Below are positions 10,473 through 19,892 of a stretch of DNA of 64,000 bases, piece by piece (position 1 is the first letter of the stretch; each line of letters begins with the position of its first letter). Made by a program: the position numbers and the translations under genes. The notes beneath the pieces were generated by a model, which did no database searches, was not told where the DNA came from, and saw only the letters and a program-made list of their open reading frames with translations. Origin of the DNA: a virus. The DNA lies in the IMG/VR virus record IMGVR_UViG_3300027770_000039, positions 46,974-110,973 of that record; one strand, given 5' to 3'.

Positions 10473-11172
10473 TAATAATTTTTTTAATAACCTTTTCTGT
10501 AGCTTTTATAGAAATATAAAATAGTGGAGTATTTCTCTCTATTAACCTTATTTGTTTTTCATTAGATAAAAAACAAAAATCTATAAAAGTTGGTTCCTTT
10601 ATTATATCATTATTATTAGTTTTTTCAAAGGTCCCACTAGTCTCAATAATGCATATTACTGGGTCTTTTTTAATATTTTTTATACTATACTCTGCATCGC
10701 AATCAACAATCCATGGTACATATATCTTAAAAATTCTGTCCGAAACTTGTTTAAAATTATTTTTATTTAACAAGTCTTTAAAGCTTTCAATAGACAAAAA
10801 TGATGGATAAAACTGCCTAACCATAGATTTTTCAGATGCATAAAATATACTAGAAACCTGTTTATTGCTTGTTGGATGTCCTTGCCAAAGAATATCTGAA
10901 TAATTCTTGTATATTAGATTTATCTCATTTTTAGAAACTATCTCTATTTCTGGTTTGATTCCAAAATTATCTACATATAAATTTATTGGTTTTAAAACAT
11001 TATTTTTATATTTTTTTAAAACTTGATCCCAGGTTGCCCAATCATAAAAAACGTTGCATTCTTTTAAAATATCTTTAAAACTCATTGAAGACATCTCTAG
11101 CCAAGAATTAGATTCAAATGGTGCCCTTAATATGGGAAACGTTTTATTTATCGAAATATCTTTTTTGACCAC
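10465..11172 (-). CDS. Hypothetical protein, possibly a distant DUF6065-like member
   Basis: 235-aa ORF overlapping both neighbours; FKIYVPW and IERNTPLF resemble the neighbouring paralogs. Confidence 0.55.
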   Translation of the reverse strand: MVKKDISINKTFPILRAPFESNSWLEMSSMSFKDILKECNVFYDWATWDQVLKKYKNNVLKPINLYVDNFGIKPEIEIVSKNEINLIYKNYSDILWQGHPTSNKQVSSIFYASEKSMVRQFYPSFLSIESFKDLLNKNNFKQVSDRIFKIYVPWIVDCDAEYSIKNIKKDPVICIIETSGTFEKTNNNDIIKEPTFIDFCFLSNEKQIRLIERNTPLFYISIKATEKVIKKIINE

Positions 11173-11879
11173 ATTTTTTTCCTATAACCATTTCTAAAAA
11201 CTGATCTAACCGAAAGTTGCTGGGCTCTAATTTGTGTATCAGAATCTTTTTCTTTATTAAGCGAGCTTTCCCAATCATCTCTCTTAAAAGGAATAATTTG
11301 AATAATTGGAGTGCCTTGTTCAATTACTCCTTTAAATCCTTTTTCTACAAAAAAAGACAAATAACCATCAGAAGCGTATTTATCTGTGTCTATCAACCCT
11401 GGGATAGCTTGTAGAGGGCTTTTTTCTCCGTGCATTGGGTTTATAAACAAACAACTATACCCTGGCTCTGTTCTGGCAACCCACATTGGATGTATTCTTA
11501 TAACTTGCTTATGAAAATTATTAGGAATAGGGTATTCTTTTATTTGTTCAGATAAATGATGAGCTAATAAAAATTTTTGAAACTCTCTTGTATCATTTGG
11601 AATATCAATTTTTAAAATATCTCCTGTAGCATCTATGCTTAAATCCATAGGGCAAAGTAAGTAATATCCAAAAGTCATAGAATCAAAAACAGCTTGACAT
11701 TTTTTTACTGTTAAAAGCATATTTCCGCTATGAACAGATGTATCATCATTTAAATAGCTTTTTTGTTTTTTCCACCACTCTGGAAGCAATGAAGATACCG
11801 ATTGAGGATTTGGGAATATTTTTTCAAGTCCTCTATACTTTGGAAGAAATTCAATCTTTATCAAACTAATGGAATCCAT
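11148..11879 (-). CDS. Conserved phage protein (DUF6065-like)
   Basis: LPEWWK, KKCQAVFDSMTFGY, TEPGYS, GLIDTD, GTPIIQIIPFKRDDW. Confidence 0.65.
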   Translation of the reverse strand: MDSISLIKIEFLPKYRGLEKIFPNPQSVSSLLPEWWKKQKSYLNDDTSVHSGNMLLTVKKCQAVFDSMTFGYYLLCPMDLSIDATGDILKIDIPNDTREFQKFLLAHHLSEQIKEYPIPNNFHKQVIRIHPMWVARTEPGYSCLFINPMHGEKSPLQAIPGLIDTDKYASDGYLSFFVEKGFKGVIEQGTPIIQIIPFKRDDWESSLNKEKDSDTQIRAQQLSVRSVFRNGYRKKMWSKKIFR

Positions 11880-12421
11880 TTCTGATAGTATTGTCTGTGC
11901 AAATTTTGTAATGTAGATACAGAAAAATATAAAAACATACTATCTTTATTTATTGTATCACAAAAATCTATTATATCTCCTTTATCAAATAGAATTAAGG
12001 TACCTTCTGGCGTATCTATTTCTTTTTCATTAATTATCATTTTATTGTTATTGCTTTTAATTACATATATCCCAGAAAAATTTAACCTTGTTCTATCTGG
12101 AGTTGTCACCAAAAAATTGTTGACAGATTGATCTAGTAAATTTCCTAATAAATAGTAATAATTATTTTCAAAGTTTATTTTGTTTTTTTTGCACTCTTCT
12201 TTAATAATTTTAGATATTTCTAAATATAATTTGTATATTTCTTTATGGTACATTCCAAAAAAATTAAAAGTTTTATAATCAATTAAAGAAATTTTTTTTG
12301 TTTTAATTTTTGTTCTGACTCCCCATTTTGCAGAACCTACTTCTTCATACATTGAGTCAATCATATCTTTATATTGTTTATATAAGAATTCGTTTCTAAT
12401 GTTTTCTAGTTTTGTTATCAT
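11861..12421 (-). CDS. Degenerate paralog of the 9069..9719 oxygenase lacking metal ligands
   Basis: Shares YHxxIYKLYxE(I/L)SxxIKExC and the C-terminal QxWIPL; no HDH or HPH. Confidence 0.6.
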   Translation of the reverse strand: MITKLENIRNEFLYKQYKDMIDSMYEEVGSAKWGVRTKIKTKKISLIDYKTFNFFGMYHKEIYKLYLEISKIIKEECKKNKINFENNYYYLLGNLLDQSVNNFLVTTPDRTRLNFSGIYVIKSNNNKMIINEKEIDTPEGTLILFDKGDIIDFCDTINKDSMFLYFSVSTLQNLHRQYYQKWIPLV

Positions 12422-12426
12422 AATTT

Positions 12427-13068
12427 TTATTTCTCTAAAATTTCATTTGGGTTTTTTTCGTAAGGTCTGAGAGAATGCCAAGTTGCTGGTAAAATAGGAT
12501 CTTTAAAGTGCTCTAAGTCTGGCTCTGTAATAATTTCTTTTGATTCTCCCAAAATTATATTTTCATTTTTTTTATTTTTTGATCTTTTAAACCTTAAAGC
12601 TAATATTAATTTAGCTGATTGTTTATGCATAGCAGATCCAGTTTTGCTTGCAGAAACACCTTGTCTAACTCTAACATTATACTTTGCCCACCAAACAGTA
12701 TATCCCAATATGGCCAATGAAATATTTATTTTTTTTCTTCTATAATAAGGCTGGCAGTAAACTCTATTTATCACAGCATCTTTACATTTTTTTATATTAT
12801 CATTTTGTATGTTTGAAATGTCTATCCATGAAGTAGGATATTCGTTATTTATAAAATTAGAAAATATTAATGTTCCAGAAGGATTTTTATCATTAAGGTA
12901 AAGGCATTCTATGCCTTTGTTTCCATTTACGTCTTGCATTAAAGTCCATTGAATCCAAGAACCTTTTATATACTTAGGGTATTTTCTAAATATTGGAAAA
13001 ATAAAACCTTTTGTTGATTTTGCACCAACAAATCCCATATTGTAAATATGCTTAACTAAATTAAGCAT
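12427..13068 (-). CDS. GNAT-like acetyltransferase (tentative)
   Basis: INRVYCQPYYRRKKI resembles GNAT motif A. Start 13068 avoids overlap with the upstream gene. Confidence 0.45.
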   Translation of the reverse strand: MLNLVKHIYNMGFVGAKSTKGFIFPIFRKYPKYIKGSWIQWTLMQDVNGNKGIECLYLNDKNPSGTLIFSNFINNEYPTSWIDISNIQNDNIKKCKDAVINRVYCQPYYRRKKINISLAILGYTVWWAKYNVRVRQGVSASKTGSAMHKQSAKLILALRFKRSKNKKNENIILGESKEIITEPDLEHFKDPILPATWHSLRPYEKNPNEILEK

Positions 13069-13073
13069 GCTTA

Positions 13074-14390
13074 TTAGGCAGGGGTTGTAGGGTCGGTGTC
13101 TCCTGCTGTAGAGTCTTTCCATTGCTGGTAAAGTACCTCTAGAGATTCAGAAACGCTTTGGTTTGGCTCAGTAATAACGTTAGGTGATGTTATGTCTAGT
13201 CTAACTGAGTCGTGGACTAAAGAGTTGTCTGTAAAGAATACGTCATAAGGCTCTGTGTTAATAGTAATAACTAACTCTGGTCCCTCTGAAACTCTTAGCT
13301 CAATAATTGGCTGCCAATCATTGAATGTTGGAGAGTAGATTAAATCTGTTTCTACAATTTCATTAGCTGAAATAAATCTTGCTATTCCATCTCTTTTGGT
13401 TAGAACCCAGTGTGTATTTGTATATTTATTTCCGTTAATTACATAAGTGGTCATTGCAATGTTTGCTGAAATAGACACCACTGTTGTTTCAATATCAGTA
13501 TTAATTTGTGGGGCAGCAGATGACCAAGATTCAATAATTTCTTCTAGTCCTACTCCGTCCATTGGCAAATCATCAATTGCTGCTGAGTACAGAATATCTC
13601 CTGCAGAAACGTTGTGAGCTAACACAAGACCTTCAGGAACCTTTGAATGAATTAATGTATCTGCTCCAATTGATTTTCCTGGTGTAAAGCCGAACGGGGT
13701 GAAGCCGAACGGGGTGAAGCCGAACGGGGTGAAGCCGAACGGGGTAAAGCCGAACGGTGCAAAGCTGAATGGGGTTGTAGTAATATTTCCTGAATAATTA
13801 GACCATGCTCCATTTCCATTAGCATTTCTAGCCCGCACTCTAAAGTTCCAAACAAAGTCATTGTTTTGGCTTGCAAAATCTACGCTGTTTGTTCCAACTG
13901 CTACGGTCTTATTGTCGTCTCCGCCTCCACCATTATCTTCTAAATAATAATCAATAATTGCTGATCCACCGTCTGCTGGTGTTGACCAGGAAGCTCTATT
14001 GTTTTGTGCTCCATTGTTTGCTGCTGACGGAGTTGAAATTGTATCAGGCACTGTTGTTGCAGTAATGCTATTAGACGCAGCAGATGCTGGCGAGTTTCCA
14101 ACTGCATTTGTTGCTATAACTGTAAATGTGTATGCTGTATTTGATTGTAGACCAGTTACAGACAGGGGAGATGATGCTCCTGACGCAGTGTATGATCCTG
14201 GAGAGGATGTTACTGTGTATGATGTGGCTGCAGGTGAGTCTTCTGGTAAAGAAAACGTTACATCAGCACGTCCATTATTGAATGCACGACCTGAACCTAC
14301 ATCTGTTGCGGCTACTGACGTTGGTGCTTTTGGCTCCAAAAAGTCATTTGATGCCTGTGCCTTTTTACCGAATTTCTTACCTGCTGCCAT
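13074..14390 (-). CDS. Virion-associated protein: 2x FN3 + (PFGFT)n repeat + Hint (intein-like) domain
   Basis: FN3 motifs (VTGLQSNTAYTFTVIATNAVG; FRVRARNANG). Hint runs SIGADT...TNTH...EPYDVFFTDNSLVHD/S (13673-13209). Confidence 0.8.
   Translation of the reverse strand: MAAGKKFGKKAQASNDFLEPKAPTSVAATDVGSGRAFNNGRADVTFSLPEDSPAATSYTVTSSPGSYTASGASSPLSVTGLQSNTAYTFTVIATNAVGNSPASAASNSITATTVPDTISTPSAANNGAQNNRASWSTPADGGSAIIDYYLEDNGGGGDDNKTVAVGTNSVDFASQNNDFVWNFRVRARNANGNGAWSNYSGNITTTPFSFAPFGFTPFGFTPFGFTPFGFTPFGFTPGKSIGADTLIHSKVPEGLVLAHNVSAGDILYSAAIDDLPMDGVGLEEIIESWSSAAPQINTDIETTVVSISANIAMTTYVINGNKYTNTHWVLTKRDGIARFISANEIVETDLIYSPTFNDWQPIIELRVSEGPELVITINTEPYDVFFTDNSLVHDSVRLDITSPNVITEPNQSVSESLEVLYQQWKDSTAGDTDPTTPA
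13683..13772 (-). repeat. 15-bp tandem repeat encoding PFSFA(PFGFT)5
   Basis: CCGTTCGGCTTYACC units visible directly; GC-rich for this genome. Confidence 0.95.
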
Positions 14391-14422
14391 TTTGAATCTC
14401 CTTTTTCCTATTTAAATTTCTA

Positions 14423-16126
14423 TTACGCCATCAAGTCGCCGTAGACAACCCATGTATTTGCTGCTCTCTTAAAGAGAGTTGCAGATGACCAGGTTGTACG
14501 AAGTTTCAAACCAGGTGTTGCGTTAACAGTTACTCCACCAGCACCTGCAATTGTAACCTGACCAGTTGATGTCTGAAGGATATCAATAGAGGTTCCGACT
14601 GGGAAGTTTAGTGTTGCATCTGTTGGAATTGTAAGTGTTAGTGCTGAAGATGATCCCATTTCAATTAAGTCATCTCTTTCAGTTAATGCTGAAAGTGTAT
14701 AAGATGCTGTCTTCTGAATGATTGGTGTCCGTGATGGTACACCTTCCATTGTTTGTGTTCCGTCTGTAAATGCTACACCTGAAGCAGAGGCTGTAATTAA
14801 TCCTGTTGCTGTAATTGCTGGTGCTGTTACTGTACCAGTAAATGTTGGTGAAGCAATTGGTGACTTTGTAGCAATTGAGTTTGTAATTGTTGTTGAGAAT
14901 GATGCGTCATTTCCAAGAGCAGTTGCTAACTCATTAAGAGTATCAAGTACTGCAGGTGCTGATGCTACAAGGTTTGAAACTGCTGTTCCTACGAATGCTG
15001 TAGTTGCAACCTGTGTAGTTGATGTTCCTGCTGTTGCAGTTGGGGCAGTTGGTACACCAGTAAGTGCTGGTGAAGCAAGTGGTGCCTTTAGATCAAGTGC
15101 TGTCTGCGCTGCAGTTGAAACTGGCTTTGCTGTGTCTGCAGTATTATCAACATTTCCAAGACCAACCATTGACTTTGTAATACCAGAAACTGTTCCAGTG
15201 AAAGTTGGTGAGGCAAGGTCAGCCTTAAGTGCCAATCCTGAGTTAACAGTTGCAGTTAATGCTAATGCTGATGTGTCTGAAATACCGTGTACGCTTGTTG
15301 TATCTGCGGTGTGGGTATCTAAATTTGTTGCTGCTGTGGTAGCGGCAGCTGTAATTGCTGCTGCTCTAGCAGTTGCTTCTGCTGTAATTGCTGCGCCTCT
15401 AGCAGTTGCTTCTGCTGCGACTGCACCAGTAACATAAGTTTGATTTGCTAATACTGATGTGTCTGCAATTCCGTGTACAGATGTAGTATCATTGTTGTGA
15501 GCAGTAATTTCAGTATTGACATAGTTCATTGTTGCCAATGCTGTCATGTCTGCTACTCCGTGAACGTTTGTGCTAACCTGACCGTGTGTTGCAATTCCTG
15601 CGACTGTCTGTGTTTGAATATCGTCTACATATTTCTTAGTTGATGCATCATAATCTAATGTAGGTGTTGCAAGACCTGTGATTTTGCTATTACCCATTGC
15701 AATAGCGCCAGTCATTGTTCCGCCAGATTTTGGTAATCTAGTATTTATGCTAGTATTCATTGTAGTTACAAAATTTGCGTCATCATTGATGGCTGCTGCT
15801 AACTCGTTAAGAGTATCTAGTACTCCAGGAGCTGCGTCAATTACATTTCCTAATTGATTAATCGGCACCTGTCCTTGTGCATCTAGTGATGCTACTCCGT
15901 TGGCAACGCCTCTATCGGCTACCTCAAGATAGTCTCCAAGTGTATTTGTTAAATCTGAAGGAACAACGTTTGCATAAGCTAGGGATGTCCAAGCAGTAGA
16001 ACCTGTTCCAATTTTAGTTTTTCTAGTATCTGACTCTACGCCCATTTCTCCTGCGGCTAGAGTTGGATTTGCTGAAGTCCATTGTGCTGCGGTACCTCTG
16101 CGAATTTGAATTCTTACTGTTGACAT
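14423..16126 (-). CDS. Tail fibre protein with Mtd-N-like N-terminus
   Basis: IQIRRGTAAQWTSANPTLAAGEMGVE; fibre repeats ASPxxTG.PTAPT..TTQVATTA and LDTLNELA. Confidence 0.8.
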   Translation of the reverse strand: MSTVRIQIRRGTAAQWTSANPTLAAGEMGVESDTRKTKIGTGSTAWTSLAYANVVPSDLTNTLGDYLEVADRGVANGVASLDAQGQVPINQLGNVIDAAPGVLDTLNELAAAINDDANFVTTMNTSINTRLPKSGGTMTGAIAMGNSKITGLATPTLDYDASTKKYVDDIQTQTVAGIATHGQVSTNVHGVADMTALATMNYVNTEITAHNNDTTSVHGIADTSVLANQTYVTGAVAAEATARGAAITAEATARAAAITAAATTAATNLDTHTADTTSVHGISDTSALALTATVNSGLALKADLASPTFTGTVSGITKSMVGLGNVDNTADTAKPVSTAAQTALDLKAPLASPALTGVPTAPTATAGTSTTQVATTAFVGTAVSNLVASAPAVLDTLNELATALGNDASFSTTITNSIATKSPIASPTFTGTVTAPAITATGLITASASGVAFTDGTQTMEGVPSRTPIIQKTASYTLSALTERDDLIEMGSSSALTLTIPTDATLNFPVGTSIDILQTSTGQVTIAGAGGVTVNATPGLKLRTTWSSATLFKRAANTWVVYGDLMA

Positions 16127-16178
16127 TTTATTCCCCTTTTACTGCTTTAGTTATGATATATTATATCATTTTTTTTTG

Positions 16179-16538
16179 TTATGCTATTGAACCTGAATCA
16201 AAAACAAGTTGAAATGAAGAGGTAGAGGGATCTCCACCACTAGCTACACCAGTTGTGCCTGAATTGTCTACTCCGTTGGCTTGAACTGTGTATATAGGCT
16301 CTCCATCATAATCGATTGCCAGACCAAGGTCCATAAATGAAATTTCTTCAGATAAGTCTGGGATATCTGTTGCAAGTGCAACGTTAACCCAAGTATTATC
16401 TAATTGAATTTGTAATTTATTTGATGCTGTATCGAATCTTAAAGGGGTTGTTCCTAGTATGACTGAAGACTGGAATGTGGCAGATCCTGCGACATTGAGT
16501 CCGTTCTTTATTCTAAAGTTTTTATCTGTTGTTGCCAT
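16179..16538 (-). CDS. Virion structural protein
   Basis: MATTDKNFRIKNGL N-terminus is shared with 16607..17893. Confidence 0.6.
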   Translation of the reverse strand: MATTDKNFRIKNGLNVAGSATFQSSVILGTTPLRFDTASNKLQIQLDNTWVNVALATDIPDLSEEISFMDLGLAIDYDGEPIYTVQANGVDNSGTTGVASGGDPSTSSFQLVFDSGSIA

Positions 16539-16606
16539 TTAAGTTCACATATCCCCTAATTGTTTTTTTGGGGAGATTTCAGGCTCTCCCCTGGCCCTTT
16601 ATTTAA

Positions 16607-17893
16607 TTATTTAATCAATGTTCCAACTACAACAACTTCAGTGTTATTGTTTGCTGGGGTTACACGAATTCTTACATCTGAGCCAGAATAATCTGCAGTT
16701 ACTGCAGCTAACTCTGTTCCGTTTGAATATGTAATTCCATATTCAGAAACTGCTACGTTGTTAGAAGTATCAAGTGTAACTACTAGGTCTGATACCTGAG
16801 TGTGGCTACCATTTTTTGCTTTAACTACAAGCTTAGCGCTTCTGTAATCTGCTGCTGCCCATGAGATAGCAGTTGTTGCTGCAGCGGTTACAATATTTCC
16901 AGTTGTTGCTGCAACTTGCTTGGCAACAGAGTTGTAATTAATTGATGTAAATGCTGTAGTTCCGTTTTGCTGTGCTGTATTAGCTGCTGCTGCAGTTGCT
17001 TCTGCTGCTGCTTGAGCTGCGTTAGCTTTAGTTGTAGCATCTGAGGCTGCTGCAGACTGTGCTGCGTTAGCTTTAGTTGTAGCATCTGAGGCTGCTGCTG
17101 ATGTTGCTGCAGTTTGTGCTGCATCTGCTGCTGCCTTTGCATATGCAGTTGTTGCAACCTGAGTTGTATTTGTTCCTGCTGCTGCGGTTGGTGCAGTTGG
17201 TGTTCCAGTCAATGCTGGTGATGCTAGAGGAGCTTTTGTTCCTAGAGCTGTTGTAATAGTTGTTGTATAGTTAGCGTCATCATTAATTGCTGCTGCAAGT
17301 TCATTTAATGTATTAAGAAGGTCTGGTGCGCCGTCTACTAATGTACTTACTGCTGATGAAATTGCTGTATTACGGTTTGAAACCTCTGTGCTAATTGCAG
17401 ATGAAAGAGCGGATGCTGCTGTTGCTTCTGCTGCTGCTTGAGCTGCGTTGGCCTTTGAAGTAGCGTCTGCTGCTGCAGTTGCTACTGATGCTGCGTCACC
17501 TGATACTCTAAGTGCTGCTTCTGCTGCTACCTTAGTGGTTGCGTCTGATGCTGCAGTTGTTACTGATGCTGCGTCACCTGATACTCTAAGTGCTGCTTCT
17601 GCTGCTACCTTAGTGGTTGCGTCTGATGCTGCTGCAGAAATTGCTGCTGATTGAGCAGATGAAGCTGATCCATAAGCATCAAATACGCTAGCCTTTACTG
17701 TAAGATTTCCTGCACCATCAACTGCAAATGTTCCTGCGTCTACGGATTTTACAAGAGTGGCTCCTCCAACAAGGTTAAGGATGTAGGCATTTCCGCCTGT
17801 TTCTGTAAGTATATTTTGGCCATTGATTGTACCTGTTGCGCCTTCAACTACAAGACCTGATTTGATTCTAAAGTTTTTTACTACTGTTGCCAT
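16607..17893 (-). CDS. Ala-rich tail fibre-like protein
   Basis: AASDATTK repeats, LNTLNELAAAINDD and KAPLASPALTGTPTAPT modules. Confidence 0.75.
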   Translation of the reverse strand: MATVVKNFRIKSGLVVEGATGTINGQNILTETGGNAYILNLVGGATLVKSVDAGTFAVDGAGNLTVKASVFDAYGSASSAQSAAISAAASDATTKVAAEAALRVSGDAASVTTAASDATTKVAAEAALRVSGDAASVATAAADATSKANAAQAAAEATAASALSSAISTEVSNRNTAISSAVSTLVDGAPDLLNTLNELAAAINDDANYTTTITTALGTKAPLASPALTGTPTAPTAAAGTNTTQVATTAYAKAAADAAQTAATSAAASDATTKANAAQSAAASDATTKANAAQAAAEATAAAANTAQQNGTTAFTSINYNSVAKQVAATTGNIVTAAATTAISWAAADYRSAKLVVKAKNGSHTQVSDLVVTLDTSNNVAVSEYGITYSNGTELAAVTADYSGSDVRIRVTPANNNTEVVVVGTLIK

Positions 17894-17913
17894 TTTTTAT
17901 CCCCTTTTACTGC

Positions 17914-18483
17914 TTATATTTTTATTGCTGTTCTAATATATCTTGCAGTAACTGCTGTACTCGTTGGAGTTACGCATAGCCCTATTATACCTGAATTTTC
18001 TTCAAATGTAACATTTGCAAGAGAACTACTTGTGTTAGAAATAATGTTTGACTGCGAGATGTTTATGTCGGTTCCATCATTAAGAACTAAAATGTCTGAT
18101 GTTTCATAAAGACTTCCTCTGGAAAGCTGTAACTGATAGTTTACTGTCCTGAAAGCTGTTTTTGAAAATGTATCTAATGTTGTTTTGTTTTCTATACCAC
18201 TTACAGTTAAATCGTTGTTTCCTTCAAGGCCTAAAAGAGTAACTGTTTCGTTAGTGGTATTGGACAAGTTTGAAAGTGTTGTCTGTACCGCTGCTACTTT
18301 GTACTGAATTGAGTTTACGTCTGTTGAGCCATTTATACCAACTTTTGCTTCAAGTGCTTCAATAGCATCATTGGCATTTATATGTTGATCTGCGTGTGAA
18401 GGACTTGCTAAACTGCTTGTGCTTGTCGGGTTTGTTAAAGTGTCTAAGCTTGTTGGGAAACTAGTTGCCAATTGTGCCACCAT
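17914..18483 (-). CDS. Virion structural protein
   Basis: FPTSLD..HADQH..NDAIEALEAKVG N-terminus; in tail module. Confidence 0.6.
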   Translation of the reverse strand: MVAQLATSFPTSLDTLTNPTSTSSLASPSHADQHINANDAIEALEAKVGINGSTDVNSIQYKVAAVQTTLSNLSNTTNETVTLLGLEGNNDLTVSGIENKTTLDTFSKTAFRTVNYQLQLSRGSLYETSDILVLNDGTDINISQSNIISNTSSSLANVTFEENSGIIGLCVTPTSTAVTARYIRTAIKI

Positions 18484-18811
18484 CCATTGTTACTGCATTA
18501 TTTATTATGTTTAGCTGAGAGTCTGGGACTCCGCCGTCATACCCAATTATAACAGGGTTTTGTTCTTCAATTATTGAATTTTCATTTATTGTTTCAAAAT
18601 CTAATTCGTTTACGTCTACTGTATGTACGTTACCATCATAGTCGTGTGTGTGTGGCAAAAAAGACAGATCTCTTGTTAAAGAAACCCACCCATTTCCATC
18701 ATGTATCTTTAAGGCTCTGTCAGTTAAATTAAAAAACAAGTCTCCCATGCTTCCCTGTGGATCGGAAGCAAGAGAAACTATGTTTAATAAAGATTTAACC
18801 TTTTTAGACAT
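18461..18811 (-). CDS. Virion structural protein
   Basis: GDLFFN..LKIHDG..W motif; context. Confidence 0.55.
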   Translation of the reverse strand: MSKKVKSLLNIVSLASDPQGSMGDLFFNLTDRALKIHDGNGWVSLTRDLSFLPHTHDYDGNVHTVDVNELDFETINENSIIEEQNPVIIGYDGGVPDSQLNIINNAVTMDGGTIGN

Positions 18812-18812
18812 T

Positions 18813-19880
18813 TTAGCCTACTACAACAACTCTATATTGACTGGCTGTAGGGGCTGAAGCAAATCCTATTGATACTATATCTAAAGTTGAGTGTGTTGTA
18901 TCTACAATAACTTCTTCTTTACTTGATATGTCATAAACAGTGACTGCTACGTCTCTTGTGTTTAAGAAATGAGATACTTGAAAAACAGTTGAAGACCCAT
19001 CTCCAATTGTTTCTGAGTACTTTCTTGCAATTGCATGGTAAGGTGCTCCAGTGCTACCAAGTTTCCATTGATCTGCGGTTTCGTCCCAAAGAATTTCTGC
19101 GTCTGGGGCACTTCCTCTTTCTACAACTATTCCAGCATCTACAGTAGGTGCGCCTGTTGCATTGCTGTTAAGCTTTACCTTATTATCTTCAATATTAATC
19201 TGTGTTGTATTTACAGAGTTTACTGTTCCTATTACATTTAGATTTCCGCCTACCTGTAAGTTTCCAGTAATTTCAACATCATTTGGAAGACCAATTGTTA
19301 CAGCAGATGTTTCTGATCCTGAGCCAGTAACTTCAATTTCATTAACTGTACCAGCAATTGTTGCTATATAGTTTCCAGTTGTGTCTGATCCCAATGCAAC
19401 AGAATTTGGCTGAATTGTGGTTGTAATTGTAACATTGCCAAGATTTGTCATTGTAGCTGAGCCAGATACATCTCCAGAAAGAGTTATTACTGGATCTGGA
19501 ATGCTTATTTCGCTAGCAGATGTTAACCTACCTTGTGCATCAACTGTAAATGATGGAATAGAGGATGCTGACCCATATGTTCCAGCGGTAACCGCTGTGT
19601 TGTCTAGGTCTATTGTTGTTTCGCCAGTGGTGTCGTTATATGAGGCAGTTAATGATTGCCCACCAACTACATATTGACCAATTGCGTCTTGAATTACTTC
19701 TAATGAACCAGAAGTTGAGATCCAGTTTGTTCCATCAAAAAAGTATAAAATATTATTTGATGTATTAAAATAAATCTGTCCTGATACTGGTGACGATGGT
19801 GCGCTTGCTAAATTTTGAACTCTAGCATTTAAAAGTTCATTTTTATTTAGATCAAGATTTACTACAAATTTTCTTGCCAT
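18813..19880 (-). CDS. Tail fibre/virion protein
   Basis: QNLASAPSSPVSGQIYFNT, VTAGTYG..FTVDAQGRLT, HFLNTRDV motifs. Confidence 0.7.
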   Translation of the reverse strand: MARKFVVNLDLNKNELLNARVQNLASAPSSPVSGQIYFNTSNNILYFFDGTNWISTSGSLEVIQDAIGQYVVGGQSLTASYNDTTGETTIDLDNTAVTAGTYGSASSIPSFTVDAQGRLTSASEISIPDPVITLSGDVSGSATMTNLGNVTITTTIQPNSVALGSDTTGNYIATIAGTVNEIEVTGSGSETSAVTIGLPNDVEITGNLQVGGNLNVIGTVNSVNTTQINIEDNKVKLNSNATGAPTVDAGIVVERGSAPDAEILWDETADQWKLGSTGAPYHAIARKYSETIGDGSSTVFQVSHFLNTRDVAVTVYDISSKEEVIVDTTHSTLDIVSIGFASAPTASQYRVVVVG

Positions 19881-19892
19881 TTTGTTTCTCCT

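Noticed and set aside
13209-13673. Mobile intein with homing endonuclease
   Set aside because: Only 155 aa, no LAGLIDADG/HNH motif, and not inserted in a conserved enzyme.
14423-16126. Diversity-generating retroelement suggested by the Mtd-N domain
   Set aside because: No reverse transcriptase and no TR/VR pair seen in the window.
13999-19677. Plus-strand Ala/Val-rich ORFs and Gln-rich off-frame ORFs over the fibre genes
   Set aside because: Artefacts of GCA/ACA codon bias in the real minus-strand genes.
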